From a virus (lineage: Duplodnaviria > Caudoviricetes), in the IMG/VR virus record IMGVR_UViG_3300042507_004106: 64,000 nucleotides of DNA, one strand, 5' to 3'. This document shows positions 56,186-64,000 of this stretch, piece by piece. A model generated the notes under the pieces. The model saw nothing but the letters and a program-made list of their open reading frames with translations, was not told the origin of the DNA and searched no databases. How positions within the stretch are numbered: the stretch's first letter is position 1; each line of letters starts with the position of its first letter. Both the position numbers and the translations under genes were made by a program.

Positions 56186-57120
56186 TACTTTGAAGAATCA
56201 TAGCGGGTGTTTTCTATAAACCACTGATAGGTTTTTTTCAATCCATCACATAAAGTATACTTTGGTTTCCATCCAAGTTTGGTGATTTTTGAATAATCCA
56301 ATGGACGATTTGGAGTTCCATTTGGACGAGAAGTATCCCATTCAATGTCTCCAGTATATCCCACTACATTCCCAACAATTTTTGCCAAATCCTTAATACT
56401 TACATTTTCTCCAGAACCAACATTAATAAGTTCTCCATTTTCAAAATGATCCATTGCAAATAGACATGCATCTGCAAGATCATCTGAATATAAAAATTCT
56501 CTCATTGGTGTTCCATCACCCCAAAACGTAACAGTCTTACCATTAGAGTTGCTAAACTTGGTCATCATTGCTGGAATAACATGACCATTATCGGGATGAA
56601 AGTTGTCACCAATACCGTAAAGATTGGACGGCATCAGTGATACACCTTTAAAACCATATTGCTTATTGTATGCTTGAAGCATTTTAATTCCAGAAATTTT
56701 TGCAACAGCATAAGCATCATTAGTTGGTTCAAGATATCCAGTAAGAAGAGATTCTTCTTTTACAGGAACTTCAGCATACTTAGGATAAATGCAAACCGAA
56801 CCAAGAAACAAAAACTTTTCTACCCCATATTTCCATGCGTAATGAATTAAGTTAGATTGAATTTGAATGTTCTGATATATAAACTCAGCGGAATAAGTAT
56901 CATTGGCATGAATGCCACCAACTCTTGCAGCGGCATCAAAAACATAATCAATTTGTTCAGTTTTAAAAAATTCTTCAACCTGCGATTGATTAATTAAATC
57001 AATTTCATTTCTAGTTTTAGTAACAATATTAGTGTAACCTCTATCTTGAAGAGTTCTAACAATAGCAGATCCAACAAGACCACGATGCCCAGCAACAAAA
57101 ATTTTAGAGTTTATGTTCAT
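56185..57120 (-). CDS. fcl: GDP-L-fucose synthase
   Basis: AGHRGLVGSA, AAARVGGI.AN, LGSVCIYPK, EPTNDAYAVAK, REFLYSDD. Confidence 0.95.
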   Translation of the reverse strand: MNINSKIFVAGHRGLVGSAIVRTLQDRGYTNIVTKTRNEIDLINQSQVEEFFKTEQIDYVFDAAARVGGIHANDTYSAEFIYQNIQIQSNLIHYAWKYGVEKFLFLGSVCIYPKYAEVPVKEESLLTGYLEPTNDAYAVAKISGIKMLQAYNKQYGFKGVSLMPSNLYGIGDNFHPDNGHVIPAMMTKFSNSNGKTVTFWGDGTPMREFLYSDDLADACLFAMDHFENGELINVGSGENVSIKDLAKIVGNVVGYTGDIEWDTSRPNGTPNRPLDYSKITKLGWKPKYTLCDGLKKTYQWFIENTRYDSSK

Positions 57121-58379
57121 GATACAGTAATTAATTCAGGATTTGGAAGTGGAAACAATAATTTTTTACCTTTAAACTTTTCATTATTAATAAAAAAGTT
57201 TCTAAAATGCCAAGGAAGAATTACAAAAACATCATAATCATTTAAAACTTCATCTTCATCCTTAATGGGGATCCAAGTTCCTGGAGTATAAGCTCCATGT
57301 TTATCAGGATTAACATCTCCAATAACTTCAATATCATTTAATTTCCAGGTCTGAAGAGTTACATTACCTTTTGTACTTGCACCAAGAGCAGCTACTTTTA
57401 AACCTTCTTTTTTAAGGTCGGAAATTATATCTAAAAATTTAATTCTACATTCATTAATCCTACTTTCAAATTCTCTCCAAGGTTTTAATGTATCTAATTC
57501 TAGATCAAGTTCTTCTTGAAGTAAAGCATTAAGTTTATCACTACATTCTTCATAAACACTATTTTTATTCGCCACAATAACTGAAATACTTCCACCATTC
57601 ACATCATTAAATTCAAAGTCAATTATTTTAAATTCAGATTGATCCATAATGTATTTCAGCTGCCTCATACCATAATATGAGAGATGCTCATGACATACTG
57701 TATCAAAAGAGTTAACTCTCAACATTTCTGGCATATAACTTTGCTCTAAAACCCAAATACCAGTATCCGGATTCAAAATATTATTAACTTCTCTTGCAAA
57801 CTGACATGGATCCTCAAGGTCATAGAACATTGAGAATGAGGTAACTAATTTTGCCTTCTCATCACCAAAATAATTTTTATATTTTTTTTCAGAGAAAAAA
57901 TCTGGAATATAATTTACATTAGATGCAAAGTATTTTGAGAACTTCTTTGATGTTGGATCGATACTTACCAATCTCAAATTTTTCGGAAAAAATCCAAGAA
58001 ATGTTCCATCATTTCCTGCAATATCGATAACAATATCATTGTCATCGAACGTCAAAAACTCACAAATTTTTTCACACTTTCTTTTTAAGTGTTTAACCAT
58101 ACTACCATTAAGACCAGAGCGATACCCATAATCATCTCCATACATTGTAGGTAGGTCAAAGGTGTGCTCTAATTGAACGTGCCCACATCCACCAACTGTT
58201 TCATCACATTTTATTAGTGTAAGAGGACCTTTATAGCACTCAATATCAATTTTTTTGGGGAAAAATCCAGAAAGATATTGATTTCCTAGATCCAAAACAA
58301 CATCAAATTTTTCATTACCACAAACTCTACATTTGTTAATTTGATTAATTTTATTGTCCATAAATGCACATGTCCTCAA
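57117..58379 (-). CDS. NDP-sugar C-methyltransferase
   Basis: CRVC...C zinc site, [33 protein letters not shown]. Confidence 0.85.
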   Translation of the reverse strand: MRTCAFMDNKINQINKCRVCGNEKFDVVLDLGNQYLSGFFPKKIDIECYKGPLTLIKCDETVGGCGHVQLEHTFDLPTMYGDDYGYRSGLNGSMVKHLKRKCEKICEFLTFDDNDIVIDIAGNDGTFLGFFPKNLRLVSIDPTSKKFSKYFASNVNYIPDFFSEKKYKNYFGDEKAKLVTSFSMFYDLEDPCQFAREVNNILNPDTGIWVLEQSYMPEMLRVNSFDTVCHEHLSYYGMRQLKYIMDQSEFKIIDFEFNDVNGGSISVIVANKNSVYEECSDKLNALLQEELDLELDTLKPWREFESRINECRIKFLDIISDLKKEGLKVAALGASTKGNVTLQTWKLNDIEVIGDVNPDKHGAYTPGTWIPIKDEDEVLNDYDVFVILPWHFRNFFINNEKFKGKKLLFPLPNPELITVS

Positions 58380-59352
58380 CTAATTGTTTAAATGAAATCT
58401 TAGGTTCCCAACCTAATTTTTCCTTTGCCTTAGTGGCATCACCTAATAAGGTCTCTACTTCAGCAGGTCGGAAATATTTAGGACTAACTTTTATGACCTC
58501 TCTTTTAGTAAGTATATCAATACCAACTTCATCAAGTCCTTCACCTTGCCAATCAATTTTCATTCCAAAATATGGTGCTGCTTCTTCTACAAACTCACGC
58601 ACAGAATGCTGAACTCCGGTAGAAATCACAAAATCATCAGGTTTGTCCTGCTGTAACATCAACCACATTGCTTCAACATAATCTTTAGCGTGTCCCCAAT
58701 CACGCTTTGCATTCAGATTGCCGAGATATAGTATATCTTGTTGGCCAACTGAAATGCGTGATAGTCCGCGAGTGATTTTTCTTGTGACAAAAGTTTCTCC
58801 TCTTCTAGGGGATTCGTGATTGAAAAGAATTCCAGAACTTGCATGTAGTCCATAAGATTCTCTGTAGTTTTTGACAATCCAGTATCCATAAACTTTTGCA
58901 ACTCCATAGGGTGAACGAGGATAAAATGGTGTGGTTTCTTTTTGAGGAATCTCCTGAACTTTACCAAACATTTCAGATGTAGATGCTTGATAGATTCTGG
59001 TCTTCTTTTCCATTCCCAATAAACGAACTGCTTCAAGGATACGAAGAGTTCCAAGACCATCAACCATACCAGTGTACTCAGGCATCTCAAAAGAAACTTT
59101 TACGTGACTTTGGGCACCTAGATTATATATTTCATCTGGTTGAACTTGCTGAATAACTCTAACAAGATTAGTAGAATCAGTTAGATCACCGTAATGAAGT
59201 TTAATTTGATCGTAAATATGATCAATACGATCAGTATTAATTAAAGAAGATCTTCGAATAATACCATGCACATTATACCCCTTTTCTAAAAGCAGTTCGG
59301 CAAGATAAGACCCATCTTGCCCTGTAATACCAGTTATTAAAGCAACCTTCAT
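58351..59352 (-). CDS. gmd: GDP-mannose 4,6-dehydratase
   Basis: [54 protein letters not shown]. Confidence 0.97.
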   Translation of the reverse strand: MKVALITGITGQDGSYLAELLLEKGYNVHGIIRRSSLINTDRIDHIYDQIKLHYGDLTDSTNLVRVIQQVQPDEIYNLGAQSHVKVSFEMPEYTGMVDGLGTLRILEAVRLLGMEKKTRIYQASTSEMFGKVQEIPQKETTPFYPRSPYGVAKVYGYWIVKNYRESYGLHASSGILFNHESPRRGETFVTRKITRGLSRISVGQQDILYLGNLNAKRDWGHAKDYVEAMWLMLQQDKPDDFVISTGVQHSVREFVEEAAPYFGMKIDWQGEGLDEVGIDILTKREVIKVSPKYFRPAEVETLLGDATKAKEKLGWEPKISFKQLVEDMCIYGQ

Positions 59353-59372
59353 AAGAGACTGAGTTTTTAATC

Positions 59373-59409
59373 ATTATAGCAAAAAAGGAGAGTTTATGCA
59401 ACTCTCCTT
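59373..59409 (-). terminator. Terminator with an embedded promoter for gmd
   Basis: AAGGAGAGUU-GCAUA-AACUCUCCUUUUUU; TTGCAT (59396-59401) - 17 bp - TATAAT (59373-59378). Confidence 0.7.
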
Positions 59410-59413
59410 ATAA

Positions 59414-59546
59414 GGTCTTTACATGCACGCCAAGTTATTTTTTTTAACTAGGTAATAACTAAATCCTAGGCGGGGTAACCCCATCCGCACCACCAATCCT
59501 TTGAAGAGAGATTGGAAACTCAATGGGTCTTTTGACTCCACCACCT
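59414..59546 (-). ncRNA. Structured RNA, wcaG-RNA-like
   Basis: Hairpins CCAAUC/GAUUGG, GCGG-AU-GGGG-UUA-CCCCGC, AGUUAUU/AAUAACU; GGUGGUG repeated; ends GGCGUGCAUG; lies directly upstream of gmd. Family name from recall. Confidence 0.55.
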
Positions 59547-59802
59547 AATTTACAAACAAATTAGGAAAGGATAATTGGATTAGTTTTGGAACTTCAATCG
59601 CACCATAAAAAGCACATAATATAAGAATGTCCCAAAACTTATACTTGAGTGCAAAAGGAATTACAAAAAGATTTCCAATACACTTTACAAGTAATCCAGT
59701 TTTTGGATCTCCCCATAACAGAACAAAATATCCTGATAGAAGAAGAATATTACCAATGTATCTTAGAACATCAGTATTTTTGAAAAAGGGGGATTTCATC
59801 AC
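59545..59802 (-). CDS. Small membrane protein
   Basis: 85 aa with several hydrophobic segments. Confidence 0.6.
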   Translation of the reverse strand: MMKSPFFKNTDVLRYIGNILLLSGYFVLLWGDPKTGLLVKCIGNLFVIPFALKYKFWDILILCAFYGAIEVPKLIQLSFPNLFVN

Positions 59803-59814
59803 CGACCAGGGTTT

Positions 59815-60081
59815 TTAGAGACTCTCCATGTCTTCATCATCGTCTTTCACATAAGCAGGGACTCTATCAGGATCTAACCAGCAGGTGTAGTCATGATCCT
59901 CCATAGCAGTCATAAGTTGCATTTCATTATCTAGAAGATACATGTCCCTATATCGACCAGTGTAGGAATCTACTTTTTGGATGCGATAGTCAGGTTTTCC
60001 ATTAATTTCAAGAATACCAACTTGAACGTATCGGTAAGGAAAACGCTCAAGAAGCACAGTGGGTTTCCTGATAACTTTCAT
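59815..60081 (-). CDS. Conserved cyanophage hypothetical protein
   Basis: 88 aa, ERFPYRYV...YRIQK...WLDP. Confidence 0.65.
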   Translation of the reverse strand: MKVIRKPTVLLERFPYRYVQVGILEINGKPDYRIQKVDSYTGRYRDMYLLDNEMQLMTAMEDHDYTCWLDPDRVPAYVKDDDEDMESL

Positions 60082-60296
60082 CAGGCGACCTCAACGGTTT
60101 CAAGATCTTGTGCGATATAATCAATCAACATTTCATAATCGTCAAGGGGGTCACCAGAAAATACGACACCTTCATTTTCATAAAAGCGACGAACCTTTTT
60201 ATAAAGTTTCGGATTCTTTACATCAAGGTAGATTTCCCCGTTAGCAGCAAGACGAAGAGTGCTAACATCTTTCTTGAATTTTGTAATCAGAGACAT
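60081..60296 (-). CDS. Conserved cyanophage hypothetical protein
   Basis: 71 aa; sigma70 promoter TTGACT-17-TATAAT at 60320-60348. Confidence 0.65.
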   Translation of the reverse strand: MSLITKFKKDVSTLRLAANGEIYLDVKNPKLYKKVRRFYENEGVVFSGDPLDDYEMLIDYIAQDLETVEVA

Positions 60297-60372
60297 TTGT
60301 TTGTTTTGTTTACTCAGATATTATAGAATGCTTGAGGTTTTAAGTCAAGTGGTCCAGATTGAAAACTGGACA

Positions 60373-60448
60373 TCGGGGTATTCAGATTTGAACTGAAATT
60401 ATTCCTGCTCCCAAAGCAGGTGCCATGACCAAGTTAGGCGATACCCCG
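60373..60448 (-). tRNA. tRNA-Pro(UGG)
   Basis: CGGGGTA/TACCCCG acceptor; CCTGC-TTTGGGA-GCAGG anticodon arm; TTCAAAT T-loop. Confidence 0.88.
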
Positions 60449-60569
60449 TTTCACCGTTATTTAGTTCGGTGTATAAGCATTATACCTATAATCGGCGGAA
60501 TAATCAAGCCCCCTCCACAAATACCAATCCAGACTGGGCTTGCCGCAAGTGTCTCTACAATGTGAAAAA

Positions 60570-60767
60570 TCATCTTCCTCTCCAATTTTTATATTCAAAG
60601 TAAAAGTATTGGTCTACCTCATCTAAACCCGTTACAGGGGCATTTACACCCCACTCAGACCATTCTATGCAGAACTGTTTGATATCGTGGTTATGTGTAA
60701 TAGAGTGTCCATGCATTCTCACAAAGGCAGACATTGCGAATTGATATTTCTTATTGTGGGTAGGCAT
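60570..60767 (-). CDS. Hypothetical protein
   Basis: 65 aa ORF. Confidence 0.55.
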   Translation of the reverse strand: MPTHNKKYQFAMSAFVRMHGHSITHNHDIKQFCIEWSEWGVNAPVTGLDEVDQYFYFEYKNWRGR

Positions 60768-60945
60768 TGTGAAGTCCCCAATTTAAGAAAACCGCTATGA
60801 GACCAAAAATAATGACTGCGTTGATAATTGTATTACTCATCTTCTTCGTCCTCATATGTAGATGGTTCTTCAAATAACTCATCTATCTTTTGTTGAAAAA
60901 CTCTTTGTTGCAATTCTTGAAAATCTTCTTCTGTAATCATCCCCA

Positions 60946-61152
60946 TCAGTTTAATGTAATTTTAAGAAACGGAAGTAAGGGCGGAATAACTCCTATCAAC
61001 CTCAAAAGTCCCTCAGCAAATAAAGCAAGAACCACCCAACCGACGCACATACTAATGATAGAAGCATTACGGTTGTGTCGTCGTATTGCAGCATCGATCA
61101 TCTCCTGCACTTCTGTACGAGTCACATAATCATCATCAAAAGGTTCCATCAT
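60946..61152 (-). CDS. Small membrane protein
   Basis: 68 aa; AIRRHNRNASIIS followed by a TM helix. Confidence 0.62.
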   Translation of the reverse strand: MMEPFDDDYVTRTEVQEMIDAAIRRHNRNASIISMCVGWVVLALFAEGLLRLIGVIPPLLPFLKITLN

Positions 61153-61298
61153 TTTTCATCACCAAGAAACTTTGCAAGAGGATCTCTACGGGTTTTGACA
61201 ATTTCAACTGCTCTCTTGTAGAACATATTATTGGTGTTCCCAGAGGCTTCAAATGTTGCCTTGATCTTCACCCAATTATCGTAGGTGTGCTGATCCAT
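61149..61298 (-). CDS. Small hypothetical protein (49 aa, MDQHTYDNWVKIKATFEASGNTNNMFY...)
   Basis: Manual translation; ATGA overlap with the next gene. Confidence 0.6.
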   Translation of the reverse strand: MDQHTYDNWVKIKATFEASGNTNNMFYKRAVEIVKTRRDPLAKFLGDEK

Positions 61299-61410
61299 AA
61301 GGTTTAGGTTGAATACTACTAGTTATACTAGTGAGTATTTCTACTATGTCAAGTTTGTGTTGATACAAAAATATAGATTAAGAAAATCTAAAACTTTGTA
61401 ATATTTGTAA

Positions 61411-61496
61411 CAGAGAGAGAGGGATTCGAACCCCCGGAGGCTATTAACCTCAAACGCTTTCAAGGCGTCCACTTTAAACCACTCAGTCATCTCTCC
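61411..61496 (-). tRNA. tRNA-Ser(UGA)
   Basis: GGAGAGA acceptor, CT-TGA-AA anticodon loop, long variable arm GAGG...CCTC, GTTCGAATC. Confidence 0.9.
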
Positions 61497-61506
61497 AAAT
61501 AAGTCC

Positions 61507-61764
61507 TCAACGGACTTCAAAATCTAGGCGTCTTACTTTACGTTGGCGTCTTGCTTCCTGGAAGGCAAGGTCTTCGTTAGTAAGAACACCAGATTTTGTT
61601 TTATTATGATAAGAGTTTAGCATAACAATCTGAGATAAGTCAACTGCTGAAATCTTATCTCCGCGAATTGTCGCCATATTTGAACAACCGCAAGTCACAG
61701 TTTTCGTAGGATGCCCTTCTATCTCCTTACCACAGGAGCGGCATCTGATTCTTAAATTTTCCAT
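61507..61764 (-). CDS. Zn-ribbon hypothetical protein
   Basis: CRSC...CGC.N. Confidence 0.6.
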   Translation of the reverse strand: MENLRIRCRSCGKEIEGHPTKTVTCGCSNMATIRGDKISAVDLSQIVMLNSYHNKTKSGVLTNEDLAFQEARRQRKVRRLDFEVR

Positions 61765-61770
61765 TGTAAT

Positions 61771-62205
61771 TCATTCAGTAAAAGATCTTAACATCCAAAT
61801 AAACTTTCCATGAGACTCATTTAAATCATCAACAAGATTTGTAGTGCCTCTAGATTTTTGTACTTCTGCTTCTTCGGCAACTTGACCTAGAAGAGATACA
61901 ATTTGTTGATTACATTTAATCAAATCATTAACCATACCCATTGCATCTAAAGAACTATTTGCTTCTTCAACTTGAGAAACTTCAGTAATTCTTGTAAGAG
62001 TGCTAACTGGTTTAATCTTCAAATACCTCATATGTTCGGTGAGGCGGTCAATTTCTTCAAACATTGTTTCATATTGTTCGCCAAAAACTTTATGAAATTG
62101 ATAAAACTCAGAACCAACTACATTCCAATGATAAACCCAAGTCTTTTGAAAGAGAACAAAAAGACTTGCCTGAGTATCAGAGAGTAACTTATATAATTTT
62201 TCCAT
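61771..62205 (-). CDS. dps: Dps/ferritin-like protein
   Basis: KTWVYHWNVVG.EF..FH..F.EQY...D...E ferroxidase motif; W.L.S end; TATAAATA upstream. Confidence 0.88.
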   Translation of the reverse strand: MEKLYKLLSDTQASLFVLFQKTWVYHWNVVGSEFYQFHKVFGEQYETMFEEIDRLTEHMRYLKIKPVSTLTRITEVSQVEEANSSLDAMGMVNDLIKCNQQIVSLLGQVAEEAEVQKSRGTTNLVDDLNESHGKFIWMLRSFTE

Positions 62206-62233
62206 TATACCAGTTTTTTAGGTATTTATAAAG

Positions 62234-62306
62234 TGGGCGAAGAGGGATTCGAACCCCCGGCATCCTCCGTGTAAAAGAGACGCTACTACCGCTGAGCTAT
62301 TCGCCC
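62234..62306 (-). tRNA. tRNA-Val(UAC)
   Basis: GGGCGAA/TTCGCCC acceptor; TT-TAC-AC loop; GTTCGAATC. Confidence 0.9.
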
Positions 62307-62313
62307 TAAAAAG

Positions 62314-62478
62314 TCAATATTGACTTAGAAGGTATTCTACAGTATTTGCTACATCATTCATAGCATCACGAAGATTTTCTCTTTGTCCAGATTCTTGTCT
62401 GATGATTGGTCGGTGGTCATCGGTCAAAGTCCAACGCCACTGATTCATATCCTTACAAAACCACAAATTAATTTTCAT
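62314..62478 (-). CDS. Small hypothetical protein (54 aa, MKINLWFCKDMNQWRWTLT...)
   Basis: Manual translation. Confidence 0.55.
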   Translation of the reverse strand: MKINLWFCKDMNQWRWTLTDDHRPIIRQESGQRENLRDAMNDVANTVEYLLSQY

Positions 62479-62626
62479 TCTTAAAATATTCTAGTTCTAT
62501 CCAACGAAGAAGTGTATTATAAGCATATATAGATGCTTCTGTACAGTTGTCTTTTTTGAGTCGTTGAATATAATACTCAAGTGCCTCAATGACCATTTCG
62601 CGGTCTTTTTGGGAAATAAGAGACAT
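62468..62626 (-). CDS. Small hypothetical protein (MSLISQKDREMVIEALEYY...)
   Basis: Start moved to the internal Met downstream of the pstS terminator/promoter; start coordinate approximate. Confidence 0.55.
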   Translation of the reverse strand: MSLISQKDREMVIEALEYYIQRLKKDNCTEASIYAYNTLLRWIELEYFKNEN

Positions 62627-62647
62627 AAACCTCCTAACTCGTTTCTT

Positions 62648-62681
62648 ATTATAAGGCAAAAAGGGGGTTTCGTCAACCCCC
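62648..62681 (-). terminator. pstS terminator with an embedded promoter
   Basis: gggggtt-tcgtc-aaccccc plus U-tract; TTGACG (62671-62676) - 17 bp - TATAAT (62648-62653). Confidence 0.72.
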
Positions 62682-62690
62682 ATATCTATA

Positions 62691-63653
62691 TCAGTTTCCG
62701 ATACGCCCCACAGCAAGTCGTGCTCTATTAAGAATAGAACCACTCAGGGGAACATATCCAAGGTCATCGGCAATTGATTGTGCCTTAGAACTCAGAGCAT
62801 AATTGAGTGCTTTACGAATAGCATCAGCATTAGCACCATTACCAGTCTTATATGCAAGAACCCAAGTCAGAGTTGAAATTGGATATGCAGTTGCACCAAC
62901 AGGATTTGGATTTTCACCAGCAAGGTTTGCATCCAGTTTGATACCATTCAGAGCAGCAGAACCAGAAGCAGCAGTAGGAAGAACAAACTTACCTGCTTTA
63001 TTTTGAATTGCTGCTGCTTGGAGTTTGTTTGCTTTTACAAATCCAGTATTTACATAACCAATAGATCCAGAAGTTTGTCGGATACTACCAGAAACACCTT
63101 CATTACCTTTAGCACCAATACCAGTGGGCCACTTTACAGACTTACCTACACCTGCTTTCCATCCACCAAAAGCATCTAGAGAATTGGTAAATGCATAAGT
63201 AGTTCCAGAACCATCTGCACGATATACGGTGCGAATAGGTCCAGCAGCACATCCAAGTGCCTTCCAATCCTTAATGCGTCCAGCAAAAATATCTACAGTT
63301 TGCTTCTGGGTGAGTTTCAGAGTGCAACCAGGTTTGTTGTAAGCAACAGCAATCGTTCCACCCACCATAGGAATTTGAACGACACCACGCTTTACTTTGG
63401 CGGCGTCTGCTGCTGAGATTGGTTCATCACTTGCCCCGAAGTTAACTGTACCCGCAATGAATTGACGAACACCAGCACCAGAACCAACGGACTGATAATT
63501 AATCCTATTCCCAGTAGTTCGTGCATAATCTTGGAACCATCGTTGATAAATCGGAGCAGGGAAAGTAGCACCCGCACCATTAATAGTAGGTCCAGCAAGA
63601 GCAGCGACAGGAGCAGCAACTAGACCAACAGCAAAAATTTGTTTCAGTTTCAT
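62691..63653 (-). CDS. pstS: Periplasmic phosphate-binding protein
   Basis: Signal peptide; GAGATFPAPIY, YQSVGSGAG, FGASD, RADGSGTT, GAKGNEGV, YPISTLTW. Confidence 0.96.
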   Translation of the reverse strand: MKLKQIFAVGLVAAPVAALAGPTINGAGATFPAPIYQRWFQDYARTTGNRINYQSVGSGAGVRQFIAGTVNFGASDEPISAADAAKVKRGVVQIPMVGGTIAVAYNKPGCTLKLTQKQTVDIFAGRIKDWKALGCAAGPIRTVYRADGSGTTYAFTNSLDAFGGWKAGVGKSVKWPTGIGAKGNEGVSGSIRQTSGSIGYVNTGFVKANKLQAAAIQNKAGKFVLPTAASGSAALNGIKLDANLAGENPNPVGATAYPISTLTWVLAYKTGNGANADAIRKALNYALSSKAQSIADDLGYVPLSGSILNRARLAVGRIGN

Positions 63654-63700
63654 AAAAAGTTTTTAGAAGTGAATTGACTTCGTAAGTAATAATACTGGAA

Positions 63701-63739
63701 GGAAACCTTAAAGTCCACTAAGGTTTGGTTAAGGTTTCC
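63701..63739 (-). promoter_or_regulatory. Pho-box-like repeats upstream of pstS
   Basis: CTTAACC and CTTAGTG at 11-bp period, inside the inverted repeat ggaaaccttaa...ttaaggtttcc; a TATTAT -10 lies downstream. Confidence 0.62.
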
Positions 63740-63749
63740 ATTACCTAAT

Positions 63750-63778
63750 AAAAAAGCACCCCAAAATAGAGTGCTTTA
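63750..63778 (-). terminator. Terminator after the porin gene
   Basis: AAAGCACUC-UAUUUU-GGGGUGCUUUUU. Confidence 0.65.
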
Positions 63779-63799
63779 ACTCAAGTTATGAGTGTGTTA

Positions 63800-64000
63800 T
63801 CAGAACTTGAAGATAGTCTGAATCACGCCACCCCAGTTAGAGGAATCATCAGCAAGACGCTGGTTGTCGCTTGCATAGAAGATTGCAGGAGTGATGCTGA
63901 TGTTATCAGACACTTGGTACTTGTAGAAGAATTCAAGCATTGTTGCTTTCTCCAGATCTTCACCAGTAGGTGCCTGTCCGATAGCAACACCAGCAGAGTT
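63800..64000 (-). CDS. Cyanobacterial-type porin (Som/OprB-like), 3' fragment
   Basis: Manual translation: ...GVAIGQAP...EFFYKYQVSDNISITPAIFY...GGVIQTIFKF*, with the C-terminal Phe beta-signal. Confidence 0.82.
   Translation of the reverse strand, partial: NSAGVAIGQAPTGEDLEKATMLEFFYKYQVSDNISITPAIFYASDNQRLADDSSNWGGVIQTIFKF

Noticed and set aside
62627-62743. N-terminal extension of ORF 62468..62743
   Set aside because: It runs through the pstS stop, terminator and promoter.

Overview
This 64 kb window comes from an AT-rich T4-like cyanophage (cyanomyovirus), and essentially all genes lie on the minus strand. From left to right it contains: phoH, a free-standing GIY-YIG endonuclease and thyX; a small nitrogen-sensing unit (NtcA-type palindrome, sigma70 promoter, tandem glutamine-riboswitch-like aptamers, DUF4278 peptide and two more micropeptides); conserved hypothetical genes and a glutaredoxin; a ~17 kb island of glycosyl-, methyl- and sulfotransferase, oxygenase and radical-SAM genes interleaved with three RCC1-repeat proteins next to a 2540 aa collagen-like tail fibre; a photosynthesis/redox block (psbD with a downstream endonuclease, psbA, peroxiredoxin, two hli, petF); a second ~16 kb glycan island (GT25, GT11, GT4/GT6, epimerases, kinase, nucleotidyltransferase, fcl, C-methyltransferase, gmd); three tRNAs, dps, pstS with a pho box and the 3' end of a porin. 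The top observation is that psbA is not truncated as the ORF track suggests. It is split by two ORF-less group I introns (254 and 209 nt) around a 16-nt micro-exon encoding D1 His332-Ala336, and splicing both restores a 360 aa D1. All calls come from reading the sequence by eye; no database searches or folding programs were run, and family names of hypothetical proteins are tentative.
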